Shown piece by piece: positions 24,996 through 35,439 of a stretch of 35,439 nt of DNA (position 1 is its first letter; each line of letters starts with the position of its first letter). The translations under genes and the position numbers were made by a program. The DNA comes from Phoronis australis (Eukaryota > Animalia > Phoronida), in contig NMRA01000324.1 in assembly GCA_002633005.1 (NCBI GenBank), positions 276,179-311,617 of the forward strand, read 5' to 3'. The notes beneath the pieces are model-generated. The model saw nothing but the letters and a program-made list of their open reading frames with translations, was not told where the DNA came from and did not search any database.

Positions 24996-25660
24996 CTGAA
25001 AGTACCAAACGAACCGTAAGGTTAATGCAAAACTATGAAAACATGATCTGTAAACCCAAGCATCAAAATCAGTTGCACATGTGATATAATTTACCATAGG
25101 TCCCAAAATATCCAATATGTAGTACCCTGTCCACTCCGTTGTCAGAATTATCAAGAGCAAACAGATATATTTCAAAAAATGTTGATCAGTAAGACATAAA
25201 ATATGAAGTACATGTAGAAAGGTAGCTACGTTACACATAATTAATCATTTCAATGCCTTGTCCCCCTCTATACACTTGGTAGTATTAATAACGGCGTTGA
25301 TACCCTATCGGAAACAACTTGTTAATTGGGATAAATTCTGCTTTAAAAGTGTTTTGAAAAAACAATTACAGGGACGGGATTGGAGTGATTCAGGGACGTC
25401 ATTGGATGTCCGTAATAACTCAACTTTCGACAGCCTTTCAATTCATTTTAAAATATGGTTTGGGTGGGAAAAATATGCAGATGTTTATCTTTTTTCATCT
25501 TCTGTACTTGAATTGTTAGACATCTAAACGGAAACGAAATACGGTACTAGGCTTGTTGAAAGAGACTAGACACTGCCACTGTTGAAAATTTCAGCTATCT
25601 TTCACCATTGCCTTTTTATCAATTGTAACGTACAGTGATCGATTTATTAAGACAGGTTAC

Positions 25661-25983
25661 CTATAATGTGATTTGTTCGTATGATGTACATGGATGAAAT
25701 AGATCCGCAGAATTGACTGCTGTCTCCAGAACACCTCACTTTTTCACATTGCGCAAGCGGTATCTTGTGCATGTTCTGAAGTTCACTGCCACACCAGCAC
25801 GCGTCACCGTTATGAACACCGGCATAGGCAAACCAATGACGGCCACAAATTTCCATGCATGTTTCCCTTTTGTTGTGTGAGCCATGGTAGCCCTTGAAGT
25901 TCATATTGCGGTTTTCTGCATATGCGCTATCATCAATGGAATAGCAACCATTTTCATTTATCAATCCTCTTCACGCAAAAATC
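25661..25983 (-). CDS. WSC-domain exon 1 of - strand gene (1 nt short near 25965-25972)
   Basis: Acceptor ttttttgttcatttcag, donor ATAG|GTAACC (phase 1). Reads GFLRE / LINENGCYS...NKRETCMEICG...YAGVHNGDACWCGS...QCEKVRCSGDSSQFCGSISSMYIIRTN. Length 323 = 3n-1. Confidence 0.9.
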
Positions 25984-26484
25984 CTGAAATGAACAAAAAA
26001 GTAACTAACTGATCTTCGGTAACGGTAACGATTGCAGCAGTGGTCACAGCGAAGTATTGTTACGTTTTTCTCCGTGTGTGGTGGGTGCAGGTTGTTACGT
26101 GTACCTACCGGTGCTAATAGCTTTCGGTGCGACGATAGACTTCAGTCTCGTTCGAGATAATTACTCTATTAATGTCGACCGTAAGCTCACAAGCCTACTC
26201 AAACAAAACGTCCGGCGTAATATTTATTCTATGCCAAGATCAATGCTGTGAAGCCTTGACTTGTAATGAACTAATCAGACACTTCCAGCAACTGTTATAA
26301 TATATAATGAACGGAACCGTAAAAATAAAGATATTGTGTTTAAAAACAATATGTGCACAAAGTCAGTTAGACTGTTGGCCAAAACTGACTTGATTTATCA
26401 GTTCAATGGGGCTAATTGACGCTGTGTCACTGCTGTACTAGTGGTGATTGAATTGCGCATGCCTCACTGTCTACATCTAAACAG

Positions 26485-27440
26485 CTGGTAGAAGGACTGA
26501 ATATTGTTTTCAAAATACGTCGTCGCGCTAAGCCTTATTATTGCTATTTTCCCGGGTGCAAATCTGTGTGTGTTCCAAAATTCCCAAAAGACCCAAGGTT
26601 ACTACAGGAGTGGAGAATTGCGGTCAAAGGGATTAACCCGGTGGGAAAAAGTGTGTGGATGCCGAAGCCTCACGCCCCGAGTGTGTGTGCTTTATGCATT
26701 TCCATTGAGAGACTGCATAATCCCGTTACTTGGTAGGGTTTTAGCAATTAAGTTTCTATCGACAACGCTCAGTGATGTTAATCCCAGCAGTTGTTCCACT
26801 GAATAACGGGTTTATTTAGTGGAACTAAGTGTTTTTCCTTAGAAACGTACCCGGACCAGGGTGGTAGGCTAGCAGCACATATCCACCAATTATTGGTCTG
26901 TATGGGAGTGCTCCCAATATAAGAGGTGTATGGGACGTGCCACTCTTTACAAAATTATGCTATGCCCAATAAAATTCTCTAGATAAGTGACTTTTCTTAT
27001 TTTACAGCGAACCCCACCACTAGGACTACCAGATTGTATTTACCGAATGAACACGAATGAGCTATTCAGTAAATTCCCAACATTGCATTGGAACAAATAT
27101 TGACACCAAGAATGAATTTCACTTGTTGAGTTCAGAAACACATTCTAGGTGTCATTAAAAATACACACATTTTAATAATGTGTATTTCCGTGACACCTAA
27201 AACTGGTATTTAGCCTGTTTTAAATGTTTTGATGCAGATCTTAAGTAAGGCTTGTGCACAAAGATTATTTGTTTCTATATATAAATGTGCAGATGAAATT
27301 TCAAGTAAGTTCTGCCTTACAAAAGTAATTTGTTTAGTGTTTTCTTTCATAATTTGCTAATATTTCTCTAAAGTTTCTGTTACAGGTGAAAGGAAACGAC
27401 TGAAACCAACCGCCTTACCGTCTATATCCCCTTCATACAA
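26485..27440 (+). pseudogene. Two-exon THAP remnant of ISL2EU-like copy B
   Basis: Reads YCYFPGCKSVCVPKFPKDPRLLQEWRIAVKGINPVGKSVWMPKPHA / RVC..HF..DCIIPLLG, then GT-AG intron 26733-27385, then ERKRLKPTALPSI. The start is CTG here and ATG in copy A. Confidence 0.85.
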
Positions 27441-27759
27441 AGTAAAAAGCAGTCATTCAGCAATAACCTGAAGAAATTGAACCTCTCAATTCAGAAAGTC
27501 AACCCATGGTATCCCTGATTATGGACTCTGTTGCACGGGGGAAATTACATTCGTTTTTAACAAATAACGTTGATCCTTTGTTTGTACGTGGTTGTTTAAT
27601 TTGCCACTTTGTTTTTAAATACACTGGTTATTGTTTATTCTCGAATAATGTGCACATTAGATTGTTATCCAGCTAGTCACGATTGAAAACATACTTTGCT
27701 TGCTTGAGAAACGTTTGGTATAGACAAGTTAACACAAAACTTAAACATCTTCAAAGGAC

Positions 27760-28961
27760 TCCGGAAGTGACGTTTTGCGAGGCAAGAATTTCGCGCTAAT
27801 TTCTTCCATGTAGTCTGACTGTGAGAGCAGTCAAGTCAGTCATTGTTCTACGTCAGTTGTATTAGGTTCGGTCGTCGTTTGCTTTTGCTTCAGAGTCAGT
27901 CACCATGCCACGCTGTTGCTGCGTTCTGGGGTGTAGTCATTGTCGTCTCACGTACAGAGGAAGAATTGTCCCTCTTGCCCGAGTGTCCCGCGACACACTC
28001 CCACTGGAGGGTGATCTGAGTACCCAAACTGCTTACATCCCGCCGTGTGACTCCCTCGCCACACACCTGGCACCCTCTAAATAGCTCCAATACAAGTCAA
28101 CAATAAACTTATAAAACTTAGGCTCACAGATCTGTCCATTGAATGACGAAGTGTCCACTTCCCTGGGTGTCGAACTGGGCCTGTATTCACTCCCACTACT
28201 CAACATCGCTGCAGTGCTGCTTACAGGCTCTGGGCTAGAGACAACAGCACAGGGCGAATCACTGCTAGTTCCTGGAATTGCACGCAATGGGATACGTTCG
28301 GAGGGACGTGTGGCAATAGATGAAATGCCTCCAGTCACTGTTTATATTGGCCACAGTTCGCGAGGCTTTTCGCTTCAAAAACACACGTCTCGTGGTTGGC
28401 GACGGGGCACTGCCGTGAATCAACAGCTACGCATGGTACCCTTCTTCAGGCGTTGTTTCGCAGGGACCTTTATCAATTCAAGGTACATAACTCTGTCGTA
28501 ATCTGACGGCAGAAAATGCTTGACACACACTCGGTAACCCTCCACTTCTTCGTACGTTGCGTGGACGGGTAGCGCTGCGTTGTTCACATGAACGAGCTAG
28601 CCAAGTACGGCGAAGTGTGTCATCCTTCGGAAAGCGACGCAAGGTACCCAAAGCGCGTGTGAGATGATAATGATTTCATCCTGGACGCCGCAACAGCGTG
28701 GCATGTTGACTGACTTGTAAACAAAAGCAAACGACGACCGAACTCACCACAACCGAGGTAGAAGAATGAATGACTCAACAGCTCTCACAGTCAGACTATA
28801 ATGAAAAGAAATATGGCGCAAAACTCATGCCTCCCAAAACGTCACTTCCGGAGAGAAATAATCAAATTACAAAAAGCTGTAATTAAGTGAAAAATGTGTC
28901 TGGGATAATCAATGAACCTTATTTTTGCTATAAGTGACATGAAAAAAAGGTTGCTTCGCCT
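27760..28961 (-). mobile_element. Kolobok-like internally deleted element with ~170-bp subterminal inverted arms
   Basis: Right end ...CTTCGCCT|TTAA (28962-28965), and the empty site in copy A contains TTAA. 27760-27930 is the inverted counterpart of ~28680-28852. The left terminal ~110 bp appear to be missing. Confidence 0.7.
27945..28704 (-). pseudogene. N-terminal part of a Kolobok-type transposase (THAP, low-complexity linker, Cys/His domain)
   Basis: Reads MPRCCGV / LRRFPKDDTLRRTWLA / YRVCVKHFLPSDY...RLKKGTM, then a Ser/Thr-rich linker, then KFIVD / LELFRGCQVCG...GTQITLQWECVAGHSGK. Frameshifted, with no DDE core present. Confidence 0.75.
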
Positions 28962-29429
28962 TTAAGGATGCACAAAAACAATTCAAAGACAGTCAAAAGG
29001 AACACTTTGTTTTGATCGCCGGACATTTCTATAGGTCAACAGGAAAATGACAATTCGCAAGCGTAATCGGTAATCACATCAGCTTCATACAGAAACATCA
29101 CAGCTGTACTGCATGGGGTTTTAAAGCTGAAGAAATATTGTGAATCAACGGGCTTTTTACAGGCATTAAGACAATCGATGCAGTCCCTGAATGTAATTTC
29201 CGCATAATGCGTACCAAGATGAAAAGTTTTTACCATTAGTACAAAGCCTTTCTTCTTAAAGCAAAAGTTAATGTCATTTAGTGAGAAAGGACAGGAATTG
29301 ATACCAGGTGCTTTTGGTTTTCACTTCACTGGGCTCGAGTTTTACTGGCCTTTGGTAGCGCTTAAAAACAGTCCCGTTTCGGCACGTGACTTTCCTTCAT
29401 GTAACCTCAGTCAGCCTCAGTAAAGTCCA

Positions 29430-29730
29430 CAATTAGATCATTGAAGGTAAATACAACATCATATCACTTGACTCGTTTTGAGACCGAAATCTGAACCTGA
29501 ACTAAGCCAGGGTTTTACTAGGTCATATTTAGCTTCAGTCCTTCGTGTTTCTTTCACGAAAGGAAACAAGCAATTGTTCTCCAGAAATGATTCGTTGCCT
29601 ATGGAATAGAATCTCACCAATGAGACTGGTAGGTCAAGCAGTCAGATATAGTTACTCTTCACACACAAACAATCCAGTGGCACATTTTGGTATAGTAATT
29701 TACTGCAATTCGCATTTCTCCACGGTCTAT
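29430..29730 (-). pseudogene. YqaJ-like remnant of copy B (upstream part displaced to ~33545-33660)
   Basis: Reads TGLFVCEE*LYLTA*PTSLIGE / GLKLK / VQVQISVSKRVK*YDVVFTFND. Homologous to 16349-16700. Confidence 0.65.
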
Positions 29731-29739
29731 GGCTTGTAT

Positions 29740-32700
29740 CAATGAGCTATACACATAGAGACAACACAACTAAACTCGCAAGCCAGACAGCGCGTGACAC
29801 GCGGTCTGCCATATTGTAAACAGAAGCAGGGTGGCCTTATGGAAGCTGTGGAATTTTCAGAATAGTTTGAAATTTTAAATACTAGCCAGGTTTTAAAATA
29901 GTTGTAACGTAAGGCAATCTTAACCTGTGACCCACGCATTACTTTAACGGTCATATTAGCCATTGCAAAGACAAAATTCTTAATAATGTTGCCTGAAACT
30001 CTCACGGAGTGCTGCTAGGACTGAGAGGTTTTGTCGGCTCAGTGGAATGTATCAAGTTTAGAAAATGACACTACACAGTAAATAACATTTTTTGTCGTTT
30101 TAATTGCATAGTACCTATTCTTCAGTTGTTTGTAAACCGACAAGACGATCAGCTGTCAAGGGTACCGCTCTACGGCGCTCTAGTACATCACTGCATTCCC
30201 AAAGATTTTAGCATGAGTCTAAAAATTCCTTAACCCAAAGCCACTTAATTTACTCTATCAGAAATTTGAGGCATGCGCTCGTGTAAAACACGTGACTAAG
30301 AAGAATAAAATCTTATTAGAAACCCAAGGAAATCGATAAGCATACAAACAGAAGTATGCATGCATGCAAAGTCGTTTAATTGTAAGCAACTATGATTGAC
30401 TAATGGGATATTACATGCTTGTGCATTCGGAATTGAGGCCATAGGCTAGTTTGAAGAAAAGTTGGCAGCAAAATTTGCAAAACGATAGATTTATATAGAA
30501 ACTGATATGTTTAACATTAAGTATTTCAATAAAAAAGAAGAATGCACGACAACAAAAACAACCTTTACTGGTTGGTAAGACAGACACATACATCGGTTAG
30601 CCGAGTGTGCCTGTGAACGCCACTGCCTGGGCGCCCTAAGTGGGAGGTCAAGGTATGCATTTTCTCAGACCCATTTTCCCGAAAGGTGATTGGAATTCTC
30701 TACCTCCGGTAATACCAAGGAATAATAATTAATTCGATATGCTGTTCAATGACGGATCGAGGATTCTTGATTAGGGGGATTGGGACAGGGCAAAATTTTA
30801 TCCAGGATTTCACCCGTCAGACATTCGCAACCCCGAACTGATCAATGGAATCTGTGACAGTTTTAAGGCACGTAAGGGGTGCTGAGGTGTCTCAAGGAAT
30901 ATTTCTTAGGGATACCGTTCCTTTCTTACACTATCTAGTAGTACTTCTAGAAACTAATTCTTCTTAGCTGGTTCAGTTTAAAAAATCAAGGTCTCACAGT
31001 TCAAACAGTTGTGTCATAGACTCTGTTGTAAAATAAAACGTCGCGAAACTAGAGTTTTAAAAAGGCGTTCGTATTATTGATTTTATCATATTAATTTTTG
31101 CACCAATCAAAGTACCTCTTTTATCCGACCAAGATGTGCGGACTTGAAGAGAGTTTTCTGTCAATAACAAGCACACTTCTTTCGATCTGATTGGAAATCC
31201 AGAACGAAAAGGAGAAAAATTTTCAAATATTGAGATACTGTAACCATTTCAAACAATAAAATTTTGGTTTATTTCAAAAGATGTTTACATCAAAATTCCA
31301 CCGGCACGCAGTAAAATCACATCGTGACAGTAAAAGGGAAATGTCTAACTGGTACAAAGTTACTGTACCGCAGTGTTACATGCTCCCCATTTCAGCGAAA
31401 GTCAGATTTCAACCAACTCTAATTCAATCCCTTAATTTAGTTTGATCCGACATTTACTGGCACACAATTATTTTACCAGCGCTAATATATATTGACAACA
31501 CCCCACCAGAAAATAAAAATGACAAAACTCAATGGTCATAAACTCTAATTGCCCTTTCCTAAACATGCGTGCACCCAGTTTGTTGCGAAGTGGGCAAAAA
31601 GGTCCGACTCATTGACACAAAAAGGCCGAGAAAAAGAAACCAAAGGCCACTAAAAAGGCGCAAAAGAACTATACACAGCTCTGAACGTGATACACGAGTT
31701 TTTCTTAGTCCTCCCGCTTTTTGTTAGTAAAACGTCCATATCGTCAGAAACTCGAGCACCCCACATTAAAAGCTGGGTGAGCGCATGCTACATATCCAGG
31801 CAATATTGCACTTTAAGTATCAGAAAACCTTTAAAAGGACAAAATATATATGTCCTGATTTTTCTCATGTAAGACAGTTTCAGATTTTATTAACTTGCCA
31901 GGCTACATAACATTTGTCCCATCTCTTGAAATCTACGAAAACTACCCATCTACCGTCCCAATCAAACATTGTGGGGTGCAGCATTCTTGGGTATTCATTT
32001 ATCCGATCCTGCCCTATTCCTCATAACCTGGCTATCTTAACAAATCTTCGAATTGGTGTCCACTCTGTAAAAATGTACAGCTATTAAAAGAAAATGCCAC
32101 CCGATTTAATTAGTCTTTTTTACATTCTTAATCGGTCTATATCCACATCGCCTCTTATACGGTCGACCGCACCTTGTCGAGAGGTGTCGCGTTCACCTAT
32201 GAGGAAAATGAATAACGACGCAGCAACGTCAGTGGTTCGTCTGCAGAGAGAAGGCCGCAACATTATGGTGCACCGTTCCCGCTTATCCGAACTATGAAGC
32301 TACGAAGAAAGCGGTTATGTCGTTTTTTCGACTTCATCGAGAGCCTGAAATGCTTAGGAAGTGGCTCGTGGTAGTGAAGAATGAAAGGTACGCTCTTGAT
32401 AGCAAGTATGAGGCCTTGAAACATCTCCGTGTATGTGGCCGGCATTTCGTCGACACTGATTTCCCTGACAAATTCCGGCTTACCAAAGATCTATCCATAT
32501 GTTCCGTTGCCTGTGCATGTTCACGGCGCCTCTCTAGTATTTAATGATAAGTGTATTCCGGGTCTAACTGATATCCTGTGAAACCTGAGGATCCGACCCG
32601 TGAACTCTTCGTTGGATGTGCTCTTGACTAAGTCGGAATTGTCGCTAGACGAGTTGCCATATAGCCATTTACTATTCTGCATTGTGTTTCAGAATGAATT

Positions 32701-33537
32701 ATTCTCATCCTAACCAATGCTTATACAAAACTGAAACAGAGTCTGTCTCATTAGATACAATTTGAAATGCCCCGGAGTGTCTGTGAGTGCAAATGTTGAG
32801 AAGCCAGAAATGAATAAACAACTGCATTACCGGCTTTTGATGCCGGCAATCAAGGCATTTGACCAGGCACCGAGGCCGTGTGAGCGCATGCTTATTCAGT
32901 GTTTGCTGACGGAATGCTGTTGTGAAACAATAACTCGATTTTCCATGCCATTGTCACATGTTAGGGGAATCTTTATTTAGAAATACAAATACATTATTCA
33001 AATCATTGTTATTGTACAAACTTTGCCCTGACGGTCTTTGGAAGGGGAAACCGGCTTCGCGACTCCCGACAAGTAAGTAAATTTTCAGTTTCGTTGCCAC
33101 TTGATATAAATAATTACCGGCACATTATTTCTTTGGATCACTATTATAGTCTTTTCTTGACTGGAGGTTTAGTTTCCAACTCAAGCTGGCTTATGTTCTT
33201 GCCAGTCCCTGCGGCCGCGACGGGCCTGAAGGGGTTCAGAACCACTGGCCGGGATAACAAGTGTTTTGTGTGTTTAGAACTCAAAAAATCACAGATCTAG
33301 TTTCCCCTTTCTGCATTTCACGGAAGAATACTTCGAATTTATCTCCGAACACACCCAAACTCCTTCTACGGAACTTGGTAAATTTACGTGCCGAGCTCTG
33401 TAGGCTACCAGTAATGTTTCCTAGATACTGCACAGTACACATGCATCTCGACTAATATGGATCATCGGCAAGATGACGGACCACTCCGCTCAATTAATAC
33501 CATGTGACGTCAACTCTAGCTATATTTATCTCATTTG
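29740..33537. mobile_element. 3.8-kb inserted element (P-like termini) interrupting the YqaJ remnant
   Basis: Absent from copy A, where a single CTTGTGC occurs. Flanks are CTTGTAT (29733-29739) and CCTGTAC (33538-33544). Termini CAATGAG... and ...CTCATTTG. Confidence 0.7.
32265..32500 (+). pseudogene. THAP-domain remnant
   Basis: Reads MVHRS / AYPNYEATKKAVMSFFRLHREPEMLRKWLVVVKNERY...LKHLRVCGRHFVDTDF...RLTKD. The N-terminal Cys pair is lost and there is a frameshift near the start. Confidence 0.8.
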
Positions 33538-34705
33538 CCTGTACATTATGCCACGCACCACTGGTGATGTGTGGACAACATGCTGTGGGAGAAGAAAGGA
33601 GTGACGGAGCGCGTCTATGTTGCGGCTTCATGTGGCCTAAAATGTCACTGAACCTGGAACAACTATTGAAAATGAATGATTAACTACGTCAGGTTGGGTC
33701 AAAAATGTTGCCCTTGTTTTTTAAAAATATGATATGGTAACTATTTTAAAATTTCACACAACGTTAAATAATTACTATTTCCAGAAAGCAAGGGTGTATA
33801 TAATACGATATGATAAGCATTGATTTATATAGAACTGCGTCTTTAAGTTTCATTCCTAGTCATAAAAATGCTTTAAGCGCATCACTTGTCTGCAAAATAT
33901 GCAAGTTATTAGAGACAACGTCAAACTTTTGTTACCCATTTCCAAGCCTTTTAATTCTTGACACTTTCAGCAATTATAAACACCGATTACATGAGCACAC
34001 TTCTGGTCTAAGGATGGCGAAACCGTTTCCAGGGTTTTATTTTACTTCTAATAGAGGATATGGAGACTTGGGTCACTTAAAATTGATGGATGATCTTGCT
34101 GTTATTTATAAGTAATTAAAAATCCTAAGGCACCATTGTTTGCCTATTGGCAGTAAGAATAATATGTTCAATTACGACCTCACTCGTAGGTTCACATCAA
34201 GAATACAATTTTCACAAAAATGACAGTCATGTGAGTTTATAACAGCATTTCAAGGCATGAGTTAAGACGGTTCAGTTGTTGAAAATTCAGAGAATTTAAT
34301 ATACTTTTAGGGGTTTACAATGGATAGCAAGAAATTTTCGTGAAAAGTGAAAGAATTTCATGGACGTTAAGACTTCATTCACCATTCTCTTTAACCCGGC
34401 GCCATTACCTGTTATTCCCACGCATTCAGTTGCACCGAATTTTTCAATGCTAACCTCCTATGCCAACATCGCACTAAGGACCGGAATAAGTAAATTAATA
34501 AACAATTGACATAGCTTTCTTTAAAAATAACTGCCCCTTTTCAAAAATTGTTCTTTATTTCCAATACAGAAATTAGGCTTTGACAACAGATCTGCACTGC
34601 ATAGGAAGATCTTTTTGGTCAGCTGCCTCTAGTCAACTGCTTAAACCAATTTTTATTCATTCGGGGAGGTTGCAGAAGCGATGCATATCTGCATTGCATG
34701 GTACT

Positions 34706-34821
34706 AGTTTTTGGTGAAAAACTTAAGATTTTTATCACGAAAACTTAAATTTTTGGGAAAACCTTAAGTATTTTGGAACAAGATTTTTGGAACAAACTTA
34801 AATTTTCATAACTTAAGAGTG
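34706..34821. repeat. Short second copy of the AAAACTTAAG array
   Basis: Five (A)AACTTAA(G/A) or ACCTTAAG cores. Begins where homology between copies A and B stops. Confidence 0.75.
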
Positions 34822-35439
34822 CAGTACACTTCAGACCAGGCAAAAATCCATGCAGGGGTGATAAACCCTATGTGACGGATTTGGATCATATTATGCATTT
34901 TTGTTTACTTTCTTATGGTAATTACTAAAATGCACTTTAAACAAATTCTATCGCGTTAGGTAGCTTAAAAGTTGGGTACCTCAGTTTTCACTGAAAAACA
35001 CTATCAGAACTTACCCCAATAATCACAGTTTTCGTGACATTGTAAGTAATTACAGAAGCTACTAGAATATGAAATAACTACTGTTTTGTATAAAGTCATC
35101 CAATGTCTTCCTAAAAATGAAAAATAAAAGTGTCAAGTTGCGCCTTAAATTCCACATTTTGGGGTTTGAAGGGTCATGGGGTCATACAAGCATAAAATAT
35201 GGATAACTTGCCCAGGTTTGAATGAGTCAATCTCAGCTGAAGCCAAATTTTACACTTTGAAACTTAATCGTGGGTTTGATCTATCTTGGTAGAATAGATA
35301 TTTGGCATCAAAACCACCGGCAAACACATGTCTTCATATAGTAATGAGCAATTGTTCGCAGCCACCTCAGCCAAAGTGAGCACTTGTGACAATAGCTACT
35401 AGTCATCGAAAATGTTGAGTTTTGAGATTTAAAAGTGCT

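Larger units (their letters stand above)
26408..34690 (+). mobile_element. ISL2EU-like element, copy B, split by two nested insertions and truncated at right
   Basis: Segments 26408-27760, ~28966-29739 and 33538-34690 align consecutively to the reverse complement of 18536-~14997. Examples: ACTAGTGGTGATTGAATTGCGCATGC, CAGAAAGCAAGGGTG, GGCTTTGACAACAGATCTGCACTG. AT precedes the GGGG terminus. Confidence 0.85.

Noticed and set aside
25125-25190. Hydrophobic stretch LKYICLLLIILTTEWTG as a signal exon with a phase-2 donor fixing the 24995 exon
   Set aside because: No suitable ATG or acceptor and a weak donor (GTACTA). T-rich intron sequence explains the hydrophobicity.
32650-32980. Possible Cys-rich accessory (KolobokP/P2X7 C-terminal-like) remnant after the THAP
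   Set aside because: Only vague spacing similarity across frames. Needs a profile search.
34827-35439. Start of another DNA transposon at the window edge
   Set aside because: No partner terminus or coding evidence within the window.

Overview
This is intron-rich, AT-rich eukaryotic genomic DNA, most consistent with a marine invertebrate (inference). Most entries in the ORF track are spurious. The host-gene content is two convergently oriented paralogous genes built from phase-1 exons that each encode one WSC (carbohydrate-binding) domain. The + strand gene has a candidate signal-peptide micro-exon (5038-5076) and WSC exons at 10198-10510 and 11712-12007. The - strand gene has WSC exons at 25983-25661, 24995-24709 and 21060-20711. 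All five domains keep 8 Cys, but three exons are off-frame by exactly 1 nt near their 5' ends. The rest is a deep nest of decayed DNA transposons. Two inverted copies of an ISL2EU-like element (THAP plus YqaJ remnants) bracket the WSC exons of the - strand gene. There are also two P-like elements with imperfect 7-bp target duplications, a Kolobok-like insert whose long inverted arms both carry a THAP start, several MITEs, a tRNA-derived SINE and a palindromic-unit tandem array. All alignments were done by eye and no database search was run.
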